Source of the DNA: Trichoplax sp. H2
Lineage: Eukaryota
NCBI GenBank assembly: GCA_003344405.1
Contig: NOWV01000014.1
Span: 186,001 to 250,000, forward strand
DNA: 64,000 bases
Direction: 5' to 3'
Under the pieces are notes generated by a model. The model had not been told where the DNA came from. It worked only from the letters and a program-made list of their open reading frames with translations, and made no database searches. The translations under genes and the position numbers were made by a program. Of the stretch, positions 15,001-28,512 are shown piece after piece; the first letter of the stretch is position 1, and each line of letters starts with the position of its first letter.

Positions 15001-18000
15001 AATGACCTCAAAGTATGAAAGTGAGGAACTGATTGTCATACAGATTTCAAGAAGTTTATAAAAGCCACTCACTAGTGGTAGTCTAAGAAGAAAAATTAAA
15101 AATAATCGTAATATTTTTTGTAAGATTATTGTCATGCCTAGCAGACCGATTGCATTAATCTACGGTAGTTATTTACACATAGCCATAATCTACACTACTA
15201 AATTAATTATGTCCTAGCCAAACCTAGTAGACAGTAAAACTAAATTTTTGCCAAAAGGGAATATCCATGGAAGAAAGAACTCGGTTCGAGTAGTCGGCAG
15301 TAAAGCTCTAGACGAAAATTATTAACAAATTACCTTTCAGTAAACAAACAATTATCCCTTTATCTATAGTAATATCATAATATTACTTGGTAAAGTCGAC
15401 TATGTTAATAAAAACTTGAAAATCCTTAGGAACGTTGGGTTTCAATCCAGCCACAGGATTGGAAGTACCTTCAGATGATTGAGTCTAACGATAATAATAG
15501 CATAATTTGTATATTATTATTACTATCACAGTCATAAAGTCGCAAAAGATTTAAGTACAGTACATCATTATTTTATCACCTCCTCTTCTATAGTTGTTTG
15601 CTGTGAAGATGTTAAGTCAAGCTTTAATAATATTCGCTGTAAAGAATGTAGTAACTCATTGTACAAACTTCGTTGTACATAGATGATATGTTCACGGTCT
15701 GTGGTTATTAAAGTTAAGCCCTAAAAGCAAATAATCACAATGGTAAATAATTAAGACCTTCTGATAGTTCCTACTATATGTACATATGTAAAGCACATAA
15801 ATTACCTAGTATATACGAAGTGTCATCTTTTTACATTCAGTAATAATGGTATTAATACGAAAACTGCTATGATATATTATAGTTAAATCTACCTTAATTT
15901 CGGTAGCTTGAATTAAATTCTTCCATAGTGAAATATAGTCTTTATAAGAAATGCGTGGACCAGTCTCTAAGATAACAGAATCCTGACTAATGTTCAGATC
16001 TGAATCCTATTGAATCACAGGTATTAATGGTGTATAATGCTGCCAGAAACTCAATCACCAAAATTAATATAAAATTATATTGAATAATTACCGTTTCAAC
16101 GTATACAGGGTGAGAACAAGTTCTTATCAACCCTTGATATACTGAAATAATATTATAGATATTAAACTTTATCGTTGTAAAAAACTTCTTATGATGATTC
16201 ATACTTATTAACATATACGATATCACAATAACATACCAACGCGAGACAGAAAATTCTTCAGAGCAGCTCCTTTAGAATGTAATGCGAGTAATAATTCAAA
16301 TAGTGATTTATAGCATAAGCTATGGAGTTCATTAATCACGTAGGGGAAATTTTCAAAGAGTACAATAGTTAACTTTTCGAGGGATCTTGTAAATGTATCG
16401 TTAACCTAAACAATCGATAAAATTGGAAAAATTATTGGTATTATAGGCTATCCAGTATATAATGTAGATAAATTGATAAAAAAATTGAAAAAGCAATAAT
16501 TTTACTTCATCAAGTATATTCAAGATGCTGGCAAATGCTTCAAGAAAACTAGGTAAGTACTGAATTTTGTCTACGTTGACATCACTGAAATAATAAATGA
16601 AATTGTTACATCAATAGAATATTCTATTTTATTATCATTATCACGATGAATTTATACCTCTATACCGATAATACCCTTAAAGTACTCAACATACATGAAA
16701 AACAATTGTTCACTACGTTGTAAGAGATCCATGGTCATAAATCGTACATCGTCCTTTTTCAGTAATGTTTTACAAGGCTAAAATAAGTAGAAAGTGTAAT
16801 ATAAAGTTTACTTTATAATTATGTCAACGCCAACCTTGTAAAAAAAGTATATGCAAGAATTTACGGCAGCAAAGTAACCATATCCACGTATAGCAATAGC
16901 TAACTCTTTAGCATCACTACTTCCACTATCAATAATAGATCTAAATTTTTTAAGGAAGAACTACAAAAAATTTAACAAGATTAGTAAAATTATTAATCGT
17001 TTGATTATCTACATATGAGATAGCTGAATAAGGTTGCATTTGAATCATTTTCTTCTTACTTTAAAGATATTTATATTTGCAGCATCATTTTCATTGACAA
17101 GGTATTCAGCAATCTTTTTAACAAAATAATTGAATTCCAATCATATAATTGGTATTTAATATCGCATGCAAAAGCATACGATAGAAAAATAGCTATAATA
17201 GCTAGCAGATATCAACAAACCTGTTTCATGATCTCTTCAAGGGCATGAAAGGCCGCTGCTCGTATATCTCTATTTCGATGTCGACACCATCGATAGATAA
17301 CCTCGTATAGAGCCTAATATCCAGAAAAAGCAATAATTTTGAGTTAAGGAATTAATATAACAGTACTACATTCCCAGCTATTAATAACATCAGTTCATTT
17401 ACTTCAGCTTCTCTCGAGATGTAATCACAAAATTGAGCAGCATGTTTTGCAATCAAATTTAGTCCAGCTATATTTTTTTTAAAAAGAAAAGAATCAGTAC
17501 TACAAAGAATTGATAGTATATTTTTTAAATAGACACGATAACAGCTTACCTTTAGGTAAGTCATACCGTGGCAATTCAACCTAGCAATGAATGGAATCAT
17601 TTTAATTTTAAAATAGACCATGATTATAACGCAAAAAAGTAATAATTCTATTAGCAAAATCATCTTGCAATCCTGTTTACAAACGTACCTTAGGATCAAT
17701 AGCTAAACGAGCATATTTGTAAATATCAGCAGCGTATTTCGATTCTGGTAAGTAAAGGTAATAAAAATATTCTTTACCATCTTATACTGTATGTTGTAAA
17801 TGCATACCATTTGCCGAATAATTATACTATTGACTAATAACGATTATATAGTCTACGTTGTGTTTTATTGGTAATAAACTGAAATACTTACCTTCCTCAA
17901 CAGATTGGGTAAAATTGTATAGATATGATGTTAAGCCTCGTAGACAGCCATAAATCACAGGCATATCTAATTTTGTATTTTTGCCAGTCATCTTTGCAAA

Positions 18001-20041
18001 TGGTGACATTACCAAATTTGTGTATAACATCATAAATTATTAAAATAAAATTATGGCACAGCATTAAATTTGAGGAAGCATAAGAAATTATCGATCGAAC
18101 TGCGACTGTCATCACATGAAAATTTTGCACAGCCAAAAACGTGTGTATAACACAGGTATAAGTAACTAACCTGAGATTTTAATGTATTCAGATAAATGGT
18201 TAATAACTGTTGAGCATGAGGCATAATATATTCAGGAAATTTTTCAGCAATCGTTCCAAGCAAGGAATACATGCCACTCTTGACTACATACGCGTAAGAT
18301 GAAATAAATAAATTAAATCTGGTAATATCATTCAAGTAAGTTTTAATCGATCCTAGCTAGGTAATGCAACATAGGCATGAAAGATTTATTTTCTCCGAAA
18401 TATCACTATAATAAAGTAACCTGTTGAGGAATATTTTGTTGGTTGTTTGCAAGCTGACATATACCTAAGTAAGTAGTACAATAAATATTAGGTAATTTAA
18501 TGCAGTATTGTTTTATCTATTTTTCAGTCAAATACTAAATCAAAATCATCGCGGATTTTTCTTCTTTACTATATCGCTTACTCATGTAACTGTAGTAAAA
18601 AAATGTTATGATAATGTTTTACCTTCCTCAATGATATACTTACTTGTCAACCAGCTTTGAAATAGCCAACTCTTCAACTACCGATGAATGCAATTTCGAG
18701 CTCAAAAGCTAAAGATAAGAATTGAATAATATTCACTTGGTAAGAAATGCAGTCGATTAGCAAGATTTTGAAATAAAAGTGAGAATTCTGTCTTAACTTC
18801 AGGCTTAAATGTGAGGACAAGGCGTGTATATTTATTTTGCTACTTCGTTTACCTTAGCCATAAATAACTCACCTGTAGTAACGGAGGAAATGTGGCATTT
18901 TTCACCCTAGCGGCTTTATCTCTCGTAAAGAGCGAAATGCATACGTCCTTCAATGTTGGAATGCAAGAAAATGCAAAAGATCGAAAATAATTTAGCCCAA
19001 TAACATTGTTGAATTCACTCATAACTTAAATTTAGTTGGATGCTAGCTAAAGCCAGATTTAAAGAAGAACTATTTTGAAAGTACTAAAGCTCGTTGAATA
19101 ATGTACAGTAATAATTTAGAATTTCAGCTGAAAAACGATTCATGACTTGCAGCTGGATCAGAGGAATCAACATTACTGTTGCAAAAATACTTTGTAGACT
19201 AGTCAGAAGTATACGACTGCAAATCTAATCTTGCAATTTAACATTTTAAAAAGAAGTAGCGTCACGATACCTTAATTTGTACGGCATAAGGACTTATCTT
19301 TCCACCAATTTTCTCCATATATGCAGTAATTAATTTTAACAAATCTTCCTTGCATTTATCCAACTGTAGGCGAGGTATAAATTTTATCCAGCACACGTAC
19401 GATAGTTATAAAAGAAAAATAACATTGAAAATGAATTTACATTTATCCACGCAATCCTGTTCATCGATATCACTTACATCGTCTAGACCAATTGATTTGC
19501 GTAAAAATGTAACAACTCCATAATCTTGTCCAAATAATGCTGACGAGCAATAAGCTTTGGGTGACGAAAAAATAGAAGATAAAAAATTTTGAATGATAAT
19601 ATGACCATACCATTTTGGCACGGTGTCAATAACTTTATTGGCTTACATCAAGCTAGTAGAATCGACTTGATACTTTGAAGGTATGGAATAAGCATCATTA
19701 CTAACTGTAAACTACGTTAAAATTCAAGCCCTACGCGTTGTGGATACTATCACAATGTTATTACGTTGGCTATAGGCCAATTTTGGATTGAACGTCTGCA
19801 TATATGTTATATACTGTACAAAGTACATGGTGATGGATCTCGAGCTATTGCTGATAATATTTACAATTTTTCAGCTAGTCTATTAGCTAGTCCTCTTACC
19901 TTTTTCAGCATCAGAAGCGGTTTGTAAGCATAGCACAGTAATATCAGATGCAATATCGCAAGCATTGCTACCTCTATGCAACGATTGCAAGTTGAGAAGT
20001 GCATGTAAATCGATTAATAACTGGCTCAGATTGGACGCCAT
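1..20041 (-). CDS. PRKDC: DNA-dependent protein kinase catalytic subunit (DNA-PKcs), multi-exon, partial (rest of FAT, kinase and FATC lie left of the window)
   Basis: Dozens of short GT-AG exons splice into a protein collinear with vertebrate DNA-PKcs. First exon 19900-20041 reads [16 protein letters not shown]. Diagnostic segments: [31 protein letters not shown]...[64 protein letters not shown] (YRPD motif); [21 protein letters not shown]. The last visible exon (1-~105) reads [29 protein letters not shown] (FAT region). Confidence 0.97.
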
Positions 20042-20287
20042 GCTTGATGGCTAGTTGCAAATGGCACTACAGTAGTCCCCCAGTCCTGTTTATCTTTGGC
20101 GCGGTGCTGGTTTACCGAGGGACGGACGGATGCTGAAAAGAGGGAAGGCAAGTTGGAACCTGCCATTGCATTAATTCTAGTTCATTCATTATATGATATT
20201 TACTAGTTAATGATGGCCTTTTAATCCATATCTGCCATTGGATGATGGCCGAAATAATGTTTAAATCTTATAAATGGATTCAATTTA

Positions 20288-20946
20288 TTTTATATCGTCG
20301 TATGCAGTGGAAGAAGGTGAATTGAACGACATAACATTATTACTTATATACGTCAAGTAAAACCATGGTATCATCAACATGGCGTCAGAACAATGGGTTG
20401 TCCACTGGACAGTCTCTCCTTTTGCAAGGACTACGTAGCAGATATGGACTACAAATCTTACTAATCCTCTTACCAATGGATTCAATTTACTGTATTTTAC
20501 ATCATCGTATGTAGTGCAATGCTCTATACAATCCCATTATTGATTGACATAACATTTTCACTTATACAGTACAGTAAAACCATGGTATAACCAGGGATTT
20601 CTAAGACCAATCATACACTTTTTATGAAACACTGATCTTAGCGTCAAAAAGGATGAAATGAGCATTTATTGAATGGGCATTAAGTCTTGGGTAGAAGAGG
20701 ATTTCTAGTACTAACCTTGACTTATAAGGACTTCTAAGACTAAGGAAGTCCCTGATGAAGTCTAATATTACTATAATACAATAAAAAGTATACTGTAAGC
20801 ACTTTTTATCAGCCATTTCTTGTAGTAAACGATGTCTGCACATCCTGTCTTGAAAGTCCCTGGTTTAACCAACATAGTGTGAGAACGAAGGTTGTCCACT
20901 GGACTGTCTCTCCTTTCAACAACGACTATGGACCAGACATGGACTA
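20288..20946. repeat. Interrupted direct duplication (~160-bp unit; second copy split by a ~270-bp insert)
   Basis: Segment ...gacataacatt...gtaaaaccatggtat...gttgtccactggacagtctctccttt...atggactac at 20288-20450 recurs as a first half at ~20495-20592 and a second half at ~20868-20946. Confidence 0.7.
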
Positions 20947-21110
20947 CTGATACAGTCCTATAATCTTCGGATAATGTACTGGTTCGCACATTCATCAACT
21001 ATTACTTCTTTTACGGTAAGACTAGGGACTTCTGAGACAGACACTTATTAAAGGTCTCACAAGTCCTTGGTCTTCTTGAAGTGTAAGACTATAAGATAGT
21101 GCTCCCTACC

Positions 21111-21885
21111 ATGGACTTTTAGAAATATGAAGAACTAGAAAAGAACATGGTTCTCTTCCAGTAGCTACTTGTAGCTTAAGTGAAGAGTCTACAATATAGT
21201 TCTGTATATATTTCTAGAAGTCCATGACTTTACACTGAGTCTACAGAGAGCAAGAACTAGGCGAGAATACGGTTCCCTTCCAGCAGCTACTAGTAGCTTA
21301 AGTTAAGCGTCTACAATCTACATTTCTATTTCTTGAATCAGAAAGTATAGTCCATTTTAGTTATGAATATGGACTTGTAGAGATATGAAGAACTAGAAAA
21401 GAACATGGTTCTCTTCCAGTAGCTACTTGTAGCTTAAGTGAAGAGTCTACAATATACCCCAGTAAATATAGTATTTCTAGAAGTTCATGACTTCACACTG
21501 AGTCTATAGTGAGCAAGAACTACAGTAGGCGAGAATACGGTTCCCTTCCGGCAGCTACTAGTAGTTTAAGTTAAGAGTCTACAATCTACATTTCTATTTC
21601 TTAAATCAGAAAGTATAGTCCATTTTAGTTATGAATATGGACTTGTAGAGATTTGAAGAACTAGAAGATGGCTCTCTTCCAGTTGCTACTTGTAGCTTAA
21701 GCTAAGAGTCTACAATATATCTCAGTACATATTTCTACAAGTCCATGACTCTACATTGAGTCTATAATGAACAAGAACTAGGTAAGAACACGGTTTTTCT
21801 TTCAGTAGCTACTAGTAGCTTAAGTTAAGAGTCTACATTTCTATTTCTTGAATCAGCAAATATAGTCAATACTAGTCATGGATGA
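21111..21885. repeat. Tandem repeat, 3 x ~260 bp, each unit a dimer of a ~60-bp palindrome-containing core (6 cores)
   Basis: Units start atggactt at 21111, 21369 and 21637. Core AGCTACT(A/T)GTAGCT (slightly varied in some copies) at 21163, 21285, 21421, 21553, 21684 and 21807, with two alternating spacer types. Confidence 0.93.
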
Positions 21886-21994
21886 TATACTGTATTGCAG
21901 TATGAACTATTGTATCAAAAAGGTCATTTTCCAGTAGTTTATGACTGCAGCAGACCTTATAGCACCAGGGACTACGAAGAAAAAGTAAAGTACC

Positions 21995-22955
21995 ACGGAA
22001 CCGTTTCAACACTATTTCTAGACATGTTCGGGAAATGACTGGATCGAAATTCGCAATAGAGTGGTAAAGAGAAGGTCAGGAAATGGCATTCCCTCTGCAC
22101 ACTCCACTAAAGCATAGTATCACCAACGGGATATGAAACAGTCCTAGGATTCAAGTCAAACATAGTGTATCCATTTTAAGCAATGTTCATTACTGTACTG
22201 AGGTATATCCAAGGGAAATTTTCCGGGAAATAACATAATATTGCAATCTCGCTACTACATCCAGTTCAGGAGTAATTTCATCAAGACTTTGTTTGGTCTT
22301 CAAGCCAAATAGAACCCTAACTCGATATAGGTATCATTACCATTCTAGGGTCCTCATTTTCTGCCCCATCCAAGCTGAAAGCCCTTTTTATGTCGATTTT
22401 GATGCAGCAGAAAATGGTTCTTCTGCTTCTCCTTTTGTCTCCAATCTGCTGTTGGATATCCATACAAGGATTGATTAGCAAGACAAGCAATTAAGCGTAT
22501 TCTCTTTCTTAGTATCAGCATTGTCGTACTACTGTAGAATACACTCATCTTATTGAGTCATGAATGAGACATAATCCTACAGGGCAGTAAAAGACAGTAA
22601 GCTTCCTTGTCGCCGGCATTGAAATAAATATTCAATAAATTAGAAGTAAATTAAGAATAATGAAAAAAAATCTACGGTGCTACTGTATTATAGAAGTTTT
22701 TACTACAAATCAACGGCTTATAGCACAAAATTTGCACATGTAGATGGACTGTGTAATCGATACTTTCTCTTTATCATATTGCATAATGGATATACAATTT
22801 GCTTAGTTATGTAGACCGACAAGAAGTGAAGGGATGTCGGCTAGAGTCTCCTTTTTGAAGACATGAGGCTGATAACTGCTCGTCTGTTCGCTTGTCATAT
22901 CTTCCATTGCTTTTTAGAAACACTTGGCCGTAGATACGATGCGTTCATCCACTGT
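21995..22955 (-). pseudogene. Possible decayed or lineage-specific multi-exon gene
   Basis: Several ~100-nt AG...GT-bounded segments read as protein on the minus strand, e.g. VDERIVSTAKCF*KAMEDMTSEQ, QIGDKRRSRRTIFCCIKIDIKRAFSLDGAENEDPRM and ECAEGMPFPDLLFTTLL. Some carry internal stops. No family recognised. Confidence 0.25.
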
Positions 22956-23119
22956 TTATCCGTATAACAGATTTCAACATTGAATCAAAAAGAGAATGCC
23001 AAAAGTAGCCTTGGGCGGTCTCATTCCTACTCAAATCGGAGAAAATAAATTATTGAATAAGCATGTGTCAAGCAAAAGAATTAAACCTATGAGTAAGCCC
23101 TACTCCGATAGAAACGAAT

Positions 23120-23760
23120 AAGATACTCAAAATGAAGCAGTAAGAAACGAAACTGAGCTCAAGTCCTTCCATCGTCGCTGTAATAACTGTTAATAACGGA
23201 ATAAACGGACTTAGAATCCCCCAATGAATTATGAACATACTATAAACTATATTCCACAGCGTACTACCACCGGGCATAATTATACGTTAAGCATATACGT
23301 ACAGTATAATAAACGCTTTAACAGCTAAATAGACAATATGGAAGTAATCTCGAGTCTAATATACGAAATTTAAAATGAAGCTATAAGGAATAAAATGGAG
23401 CTCTTATTTTTCACCATCACCCCAACATTTATCATAGAAACAACAATCTCCCGCAAAATTGTTATACAGTACTACGGTATACATTAAAAGAAAAAGATAT
23501 TAAAATATGAAACAACAGTTAATAAGTAAGATTAATTCAAGTCTTTTCCATCGTCATACATCCCCATCTCTTAGAAAATACTTAATATACAAGCGCTGCA
23601 TTCAGTAATACCTGTATAACAATCGCGATTAAGCTAAAGAAATCAGCATATCACTATTCCTCAGTTTAATATACTGTAAACACCAAGACGACATGATAAG
23701 CAATAATGAAGCAAGAATAAATGAAACAAGATTGAGCTCTTCTATCCATTATGACAAAAT
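23120..23760. repeat. Four diverged ~50-bp repeat copies
   Basis: Motif like aatgaagca...gagctc/gaattc...tccatc at ~23126, ~23372, ~23501 and ~23705. Copy 1 lies in a hydrophobic minus-strand ORF (TMEGLELSFVSYCFILSILFV). Confidence 0.5.
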
Positions 23761-24099
23761 AACTGCTCATTGAATAAAGATTCTCTTAAAGATTGATAGA
23801 CTATAAATCAGTCATAGAAGAATCATTTTTAAAGTCGAGATACAGTATTGAGCCATAATCCGTCAGCAGCGCGACGGGTTGTAGAACTAGTCAATTCTTA
23901 GTTCAATAGACTGCTGACGAAGATAAAATCAGTAATAATTGACATTTCGTAAATCAATCAATAGAGCTATTTTCATTTTCATTAAGACAGCAACTACAGT
24001 TAACTGAAGAAAACTCCTCCAAGAATGAATCCATGCATAGTTTTGCATACAGCCGGTAATACCATGATGATTCAACGCGCAATATTCAATATTGACAAC

Positions 24100-26463
24100 T
24101 TACTTATATTTAGCAACTATACACATGTCCCCTTAATATTTGCCGATATAGCATTTTCCCTATCTTGGCAATATTGAAACTATTGCAATAATCAATTGGA
24201 TATCTACATATTTAGAATATTCCATATTTTGATAATAGAGAGACTATTGCAATAATCAATCGTATAAGTCGATCCGGAATCCAACGCTATCTCATTTGAA
24301 ATGTTAGGTATCGCCATTATTTCTACTAGACAAGCACTGACATAAGCGAAACTACAATGTTGATCTACACTAGGACAATATTGACCATGGCCAACGGCCA
24401 ATTTCTTCCCTATCGCTCTGAATTAAATCTCCTCGATAAACCAATACTTCAACCGACTCCATCAATCATTGATGCTTCTATTATAATGATGGTACTCTTA
24501 GGCTACATTGTTCAAATCAATAAAACAATTCTACTTTGACAAGAGTTATTTATAGCATCAAAATAAGTTTTTGACAAAAAACATCTGTCCATGACAAGAT
24601 TTTCTTCCAATTCCTTTTGTTCTACCCTTGTTGTATCATGGAGAAATACAGCATCTAACTCAAAAAGCAAGCCAATTCATATGATGGCGATCCATTTTAG
24701 TAAGAAGCTTGATACAACTACAGTCGATATAGCCATAACTAGACGATAGCATTCCTATGCTACTGTCACGAAAGGGATTTCAAGGCAACTTCCGTAAAAG
24801 TGTGCAATATGGCAACAAAAGTGCAAATTCCATTTTTGTCTATATCGATTTAATTGACTTTGATCATCATATTATAATACCTTTATTTGCTATTTAAATA
24901 AGTTTTATTCATACTCCCATCTTGTAGATTACTTAAAAAAGATGTATTATACTCGTTATTATTCTTTCCACCTGGTTGATAATACTGGCCTGAAATAAAG
25001 AAGGCAATATTGGATCGACAAAAGGCTAGCGTAACTCTCTTACGGAAATAATAGAGTTGATTTGAAGTTTACTAAATTAGACTTTGTTTATGATGAGATC
25101 ATTCCTCCATTACTATATTATTATTGAATCAAGCTTGAGTCAATAGCTCCACGATATGAAATACTTTGCTGCAATCATAATTACACTACAAGATTGGACC
25201 CATCGCAGCCACAACGATTCCCTCTTGAGTATCCTCATTTGGTAAGACGACATCAACTCATAATTATTGATCCAGAATCGATGTTTTTTTCTCCCTTACT
25301 GATCATAAGTGGTAAAATCCTATCGAAAACGGAAGAAATCAAAGAATTGATTTCCTTGTTTGTAGTTGGTCATTATCTCAAACTTTTCTATCGACAGCTT
25401 TATTCCACTAGCTGATCTTGATCATGTCCAACAACCTATCGCAAGATAGCTGTGTAAGTATAAATCGAAGTATTGATTTCTCCGGCAGTTTTAATCGATT
25501 TTATTTCTCTCCTTCGCCTATTTCATCACACCTACTTCATACTGACTTCCTATTAGACTTTGTTGCCGCCTACACTATAGATCGTATGATACTCCTCTAA
25601 ATTGGAACCATCTTTTTTATTTCTTACTTTTTGGGATCGGTACTCCCCCAATACAATTGCACGAGAATCTCTCCTTCTTTTATTCATCTCCCAGCCAACT
25701 GCTTGATGATTGATATTCGTATATATCTACTGATTGCTAATAGTAAATCTTTATAGTTACATTGCAATCACTGTTAGAGTTATAAAGATCAACTTAGACA
25801 GCGGCATGATAACCATCCATGTAGAAGCGAAACAACATTTAAAATTTCTTGAACAAAGAAATTCTATAACACCAATATAGAACTAACTTCTTCTTCAACC
25901 TATTGTTTTTTTAAGTGATATTCGCCTACTTTATTGTTATTTTTGACCAATTCATTCAATCCTATCGATATGCAAATGGCTTCAAATATCATGCAACATT
26001 TTTGGAATTTGTGTCCCAACTTTGTCAGTTGGGATAGTAAATTTGTAGATCAATGTTACAACTAAACAAATGACGATAACCCATTAGCTAATGTAAGAAT
26101 AGACGTTTATTCGAATCTGTCGATGGAAATAAAATAATTTTAGTCATTTCTGACTGCTACTTAATACTATAACGACCAGAGATTCTACTTTATATCAGCG
26201 TGAACGGGTTCAATCCAAAATTATAGATCCTTATTTCTATCATACGCTAAACCTATCGAAGAATTGAGTAAGGATCTTTCGAAAGTCTCTAATTTCACCC
26301 TATTTCCAACACCATGGAAGAAATTGGTACTCAACTATTTCGTTAAGTATTTAGAATGTATGGGCTCTCCTTCTTTGACAAGTATTTTAATGAGATACCA
26401 TTCGATTATTGAACAAAATGCTATGATATTGATAAACAGAATCTTCTCACTATCAGCTTCCAT
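24100..26463 (-). pseudogene. Decayed coding-like sequence, unknown family
   Basis: From ATG at 26463 one frame gives protein-like stretches broken by stops: MEADSEKILFINIIAFCSIIEWYLIKILVKEGEPIHSKYLTK*LSTNFFHGVG and NFFVQEILNVVSLLHGWLSCRCL. Stop density is not far below random, so support is weak. Confidence 0.25.
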
Positions 26464-27139
26464 TCCCGGTTAAACATGAAGAGCAATGTTTTAAAACTAT
26501 TTCGACTCTATTAGTTAAACCAGTATTTTACTTGTTACGTAATTAAAGTAAGTGCTTTCATCTATTAATTTAATCCTGATTAAGGTATCAATATATGAAT
26601 ACTCGTATCATATTTATTACTTACTCTGCATAAGAGCCAATATCAAGTTACTTTTCATCAATCGGATCTAGAAACTAACATATAAATTTCTTTTGATCAT
26701 GCAGAACATGACTAATATCACCTAGTGTTAGGATACAATCAAAAAATGGTCATTTATCGTCTATCAGTCTAAGCCTTATCAAGAAATCAATATGTAATTT
26801 CTTACCCTAAAATTGATCCATCTTATTCCCGATCGACAAATTAAAAGAAGTTGATACACAATTTCCTGCCCTTAAATTGATCAATCTTTATCTTGATTGA
26901 CGAAATTAGTGTATAAATTTGTTTGGTTTCGAATAATTCAACATTATTATTCAAATTATCTAGTGTTAGGTAAAGTTAATACCCATCAGTCTAAATCTCA
27001 TCTACGAATTAATACACAATTCCTGTACTTTTCCATTTTTATCCAACTCTAGGACAGAGTAACAGTAGAACCATTGCTTACAATCAATCGTATATCATTA
27101 TCACTAAATGAATTTAGTAATTTTAGACGTATAATATTC

Positions 27140-27400
27140 TAGAATATACTAAAGTAATGCTAACGAAAGCCTAATCCGATCAAGATTAGTGTATAGCACG
27201 ATTTGCCGTATAAATAATTTTATAGCGCTTAAAAAATTTTCATATTCGCATAACAGTACATACATTGCCTATAATCAATCTAATATTACCCTCGTTAGAT
27301 CAATTTACGTAATCTTTTTATAATGTTTTCGGATATGCTAAAGTGAATCTAATGCAAGTCTAAACAATCTTATAGCGCTTAATAATTTCATATTCGCGCT
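27140..27400. repeat. Short diverged direct duplication
   Basis: ttatagcgcttaa(aa/t)aattt(t)catattcgc at ~27220 and ~27370; tat(a/g)ctaaagt also recurs upstream of each. Confidence 0.55.
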
Positions 27401-28512
27401 GTATAACGCTCGAATAGAGTAGAATCCATAAAAGTAAGCAAATTGCTATGAATCAATCTAATCTCTAGCCAAGAAATTAGCATATCATTTATTAATTGAT
27501 TTCTACGGAATCGTACATGAATTGGATATTGCGCTAGGGTAGCTATAGTAAAATATCGCAATCCAAAGTAGGCAAAGATACCCTCAACCGAAACGATGGA
27601 GAGAATAGTATTTTTCCTTAGTCATTTCACCGCATAGCCTTGGTAGTGGCTGTAAGTAGGAGGAATTAGTAGTATATTGATAACAATCTATTGCTGAGAT
27701 AGACTTCCGCCATTATGGTTTTAATTCTATAACAATACTAAAAATGAGCCAGGAATCATAAATCAACTTAAAATTCTTGGCAGCCAATTAATTCAAGTAG
27801 AATTCTGTTTACTCTCTCATCTCTGTTAAGCTAAATTTCGATCGTCATTTCCTTAAACAACCAAGTCATGCTGCCTTTATTTTCCAACTCATTACTACTG
27901 TTACTTACAGACTAAAATATAAAAAATAAGTAAGTTTTCCATCTATAGCAAATCAAATAATCACTTGAGCCAAACAAAGTAGAGCGATTTTCCAGAAATC
28001 AATATGGCACCCACCTAATTTTTATTTATTTTACGCTTTTATTCTTGAATCTTATTTTAGGATATGTGATTCTAATAATACCATGTGTGTAAGTTATTCA
28101 TAGTTTACGAGAATGATACTATGGACATAAATTTTTGCTTGATCATCTTTCATTACGTCAAATCATCCTTTATTGACATCAATAAGGAAGAATAAATAAT
28201 GACTTTGAACCATTTTACCATGAAATTATTTCATTCCTTATTAAAACATTAAACTAGAATTACAAGAAATTGTCTTTCATAAGGATAAAAGAGTATTAGA
28301 GGAACTACTTTACAACCAATATAATAATGAAAACCGAGTCCAATTACCGGATATTGATTCTTCATTGAGGTGGATAAAAAAATTGTTTAGATAGTAACTC
28401 AGACGATCTTTCCGTTCTTTTACACCAATTTCTTTTGAAAACAAATGCCTTAATCTTGAAAATTGTCGGTAGTCAGTATTGATCCCTGTTCAATATTCCT
28501 TTTGGAAGCAGC

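Noticed and set aside
424..19621. Many 60-130 aa ORFs on both strands within PRKDC
   Set aside because: Minus-strand ones are exons read through into introns; plus-strand ones are antisense shadows with no independent features.
21111..21885. CRISPR-like array of palindromic repeats and spacers
   Set aside because: Spacers are not unique (two types alternate), repeats are ~60 bp and degenerate, no cas genes are present, and the context is an intron-rich animal genome.
25600..26463. Alternative genetic code (TAA/TAG read as Gln) explaining the broken ORF
   Set aside because: TGA stops also interrupt the frame, and neighbouring genes use TAA, TAG and TGA as normal stops.
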